Origin: Bacteroidales bacterium
GTDB lineage: Bacteria; Bacteroidota; Bacteroidia; Bacteroidales; DASVHX01
NCBI GenBank assembly: GCA_038246075.1
Contig: JBBRRV010000002.1
Location: 6,267 to 70,266 of the forward strand
Reading direction: 5' to 3'
Length of the DNA stretch: 64,000 nucleotides
This document shows, one piece after another, positions 63,273 to 64,000 of the stretch; the stretch's first letter is position 1, and the number at the start of each line of letters is the position of its first letter. Position numbers and translations under genes: made by a program. The notes below the pieces were generated by a model. It was not told the origin of the DNA, searched no databases, and saw only the letters and a list, made by a program, of their open reading frames with translations.

Positions 63273-64000
63273 ATGGATAGTGCTATAAAAAGAAGAACAC
63301 TCATTATTGGTGCCGGACAACTCGGCAGCCGGCATTTACAAGGGTTATTGAAGGTAAACTCACCCATGGATGTGTTTGTGCTTGATCCCTCTGATGAATC
63401 ACTTCAGGTCGCCAGGCAAAGGGCCGGAGAAATAGAACATACACATGATATTCATTTTTACTCAACGTGGGAGGCACTGCCAGCTGAATTCGAACTCGTT
63501 ATTGTAGCCACCAATGCAGATGTGCGTGAAATGATCATTAACCGGTTATTGGAAAGCCATCAGGTTAAATACCTTATCCTGGAAAAAGTTCTTTTCCAGG
63601 AAATAGCAGCATATTACCGCATTTCTGTTTTACTCGAAAAATATCATATATTGACATGGGTGAATCATTCGCGACGAATGTTTGATGTCTACAGTCAATT
63701 GAAAAATGAAATGAATGATGGGAAACCTAAAGTATACCAGGTCACTGGTGGCAACTGGGGTTTAGGTTGCAATGGTTTGCATTTTATTGATTTATTCACT
63801 TTTCTGTCATCTTCGAAAGTATTAACTCTTGATACTGATTGGGTAGACAATGCTTTACTGCAAAGTAAAAGAAAAGGTTTTGCGGAATTTACCGGCACGA
63901 TTAAAGGATTGTTGACAGATAATTCTGTTTTTCAGGTTACATCATTTCCCGGAGACATGACTGCCTTGACAATAACTGTATTCAACGGTGATAGCCGTTA
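63273..64000 (+). CDS. NAD(P)-binding Rossmann oxidoreductase (Gfo/Idh/MocA-like), partial; continues beyond the window end
   Basis: Not in the ORF track because it runs off the window. Manual translation from the ATG at 63273 gives MDSAIKRRTLIIGAGQLGSRHLQGLLK... with no stop through position 64000. Confidence 0.65.
   Translation, partial: MDSAIKRRTLIIGAGQLGSRHLQGLLKVNSPMDVFVLDPSDESLQVARQRAGEIEHTHDIHFYSTWEALPAEFELVIVATNADVREMIINRLLESHQVKYLILEKVLFQEIAAYYRISVLLEKYHILTWVNHSRRMFDVYSQLKNEMNDGKPKVYQVTGGNWGLGCNGLHFIDLFTFLSSSKVLTLDTDWVDNALLQSKRKGFAEFTGTIKGLLTDNSVFQVTSFPGDMTALTITVFNGDSR

Noticed and set aside
1-64000. Search for mobile elements, prophage, defence systems and toxin-antitoxin pairs
   Set aside because: No transposase, integrase, recombinase, restriction or Cas-like sequences and no inverted terminal repeats were recognised in any listed ORF. 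The window looks like core chromosome apart from the glycan locus.

Overview
This looks like a Bacteroidota chromosomal window. Support: T9SS C-terminal sorting domains, TAnnTTTG -7 promoter boxes, DUF4783/DUF4834-type genes, and tightly packed operons with ATGA/GTGA overlaps. I support about 53 protein genes. By eye I found no rRNA, tRNA, CRISPR array, transposase or integrase.

Gene content, left to right:
- 1-7319: glycogen cluster (GT3-GT35 fusion, GH57, GT4, debranching enzyme).
- 7522-12483: exported proteins of unknown function.
- PBP1A, slyD, and dnaA with an AT-rich upstream region.
- OmpA/TSP3 protein plus lipoprotein pair; prmC.
- Futalosine-pathway menaquinone genes (mqnB, mqnD, a radical-SAM mqn gene) interrupted by a T9SS serine protease.
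- PASTA protein, T9SS cargo and rluD operon; ddl, rdgB, rlmH, nadC.
- 45828-53894: nonulosonic-acid (legionaminic/sialic type) biosynthesis operon with a convergent uncharacterised putative transferase.
- wecB, GT4 and YfhO; rpmH (found manually, below the ORF-track size cutoff); acs.

The most unusual signal is not a gene. At least eight intergenic spacers are largely filled by composite short-tandem-repeat cassettes built from a few shared unit families: decamer TTCCATGTAC-type, heptamers TTGGGAC-type and ATAGGCA-type, nonamers GATTGATGA/AGTGCCTAG, and CCTTTNN. For the decamer and ATAGGCA families the orientation follows the flanking gene strand, and the order along transcription recurs. This resembles cyanobacterial STRR heptanucleotide repeats, but I know of no described Bacteroidota equivalent.

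All calls come from manual reading and remembered family motifs. No searches or computations were run.
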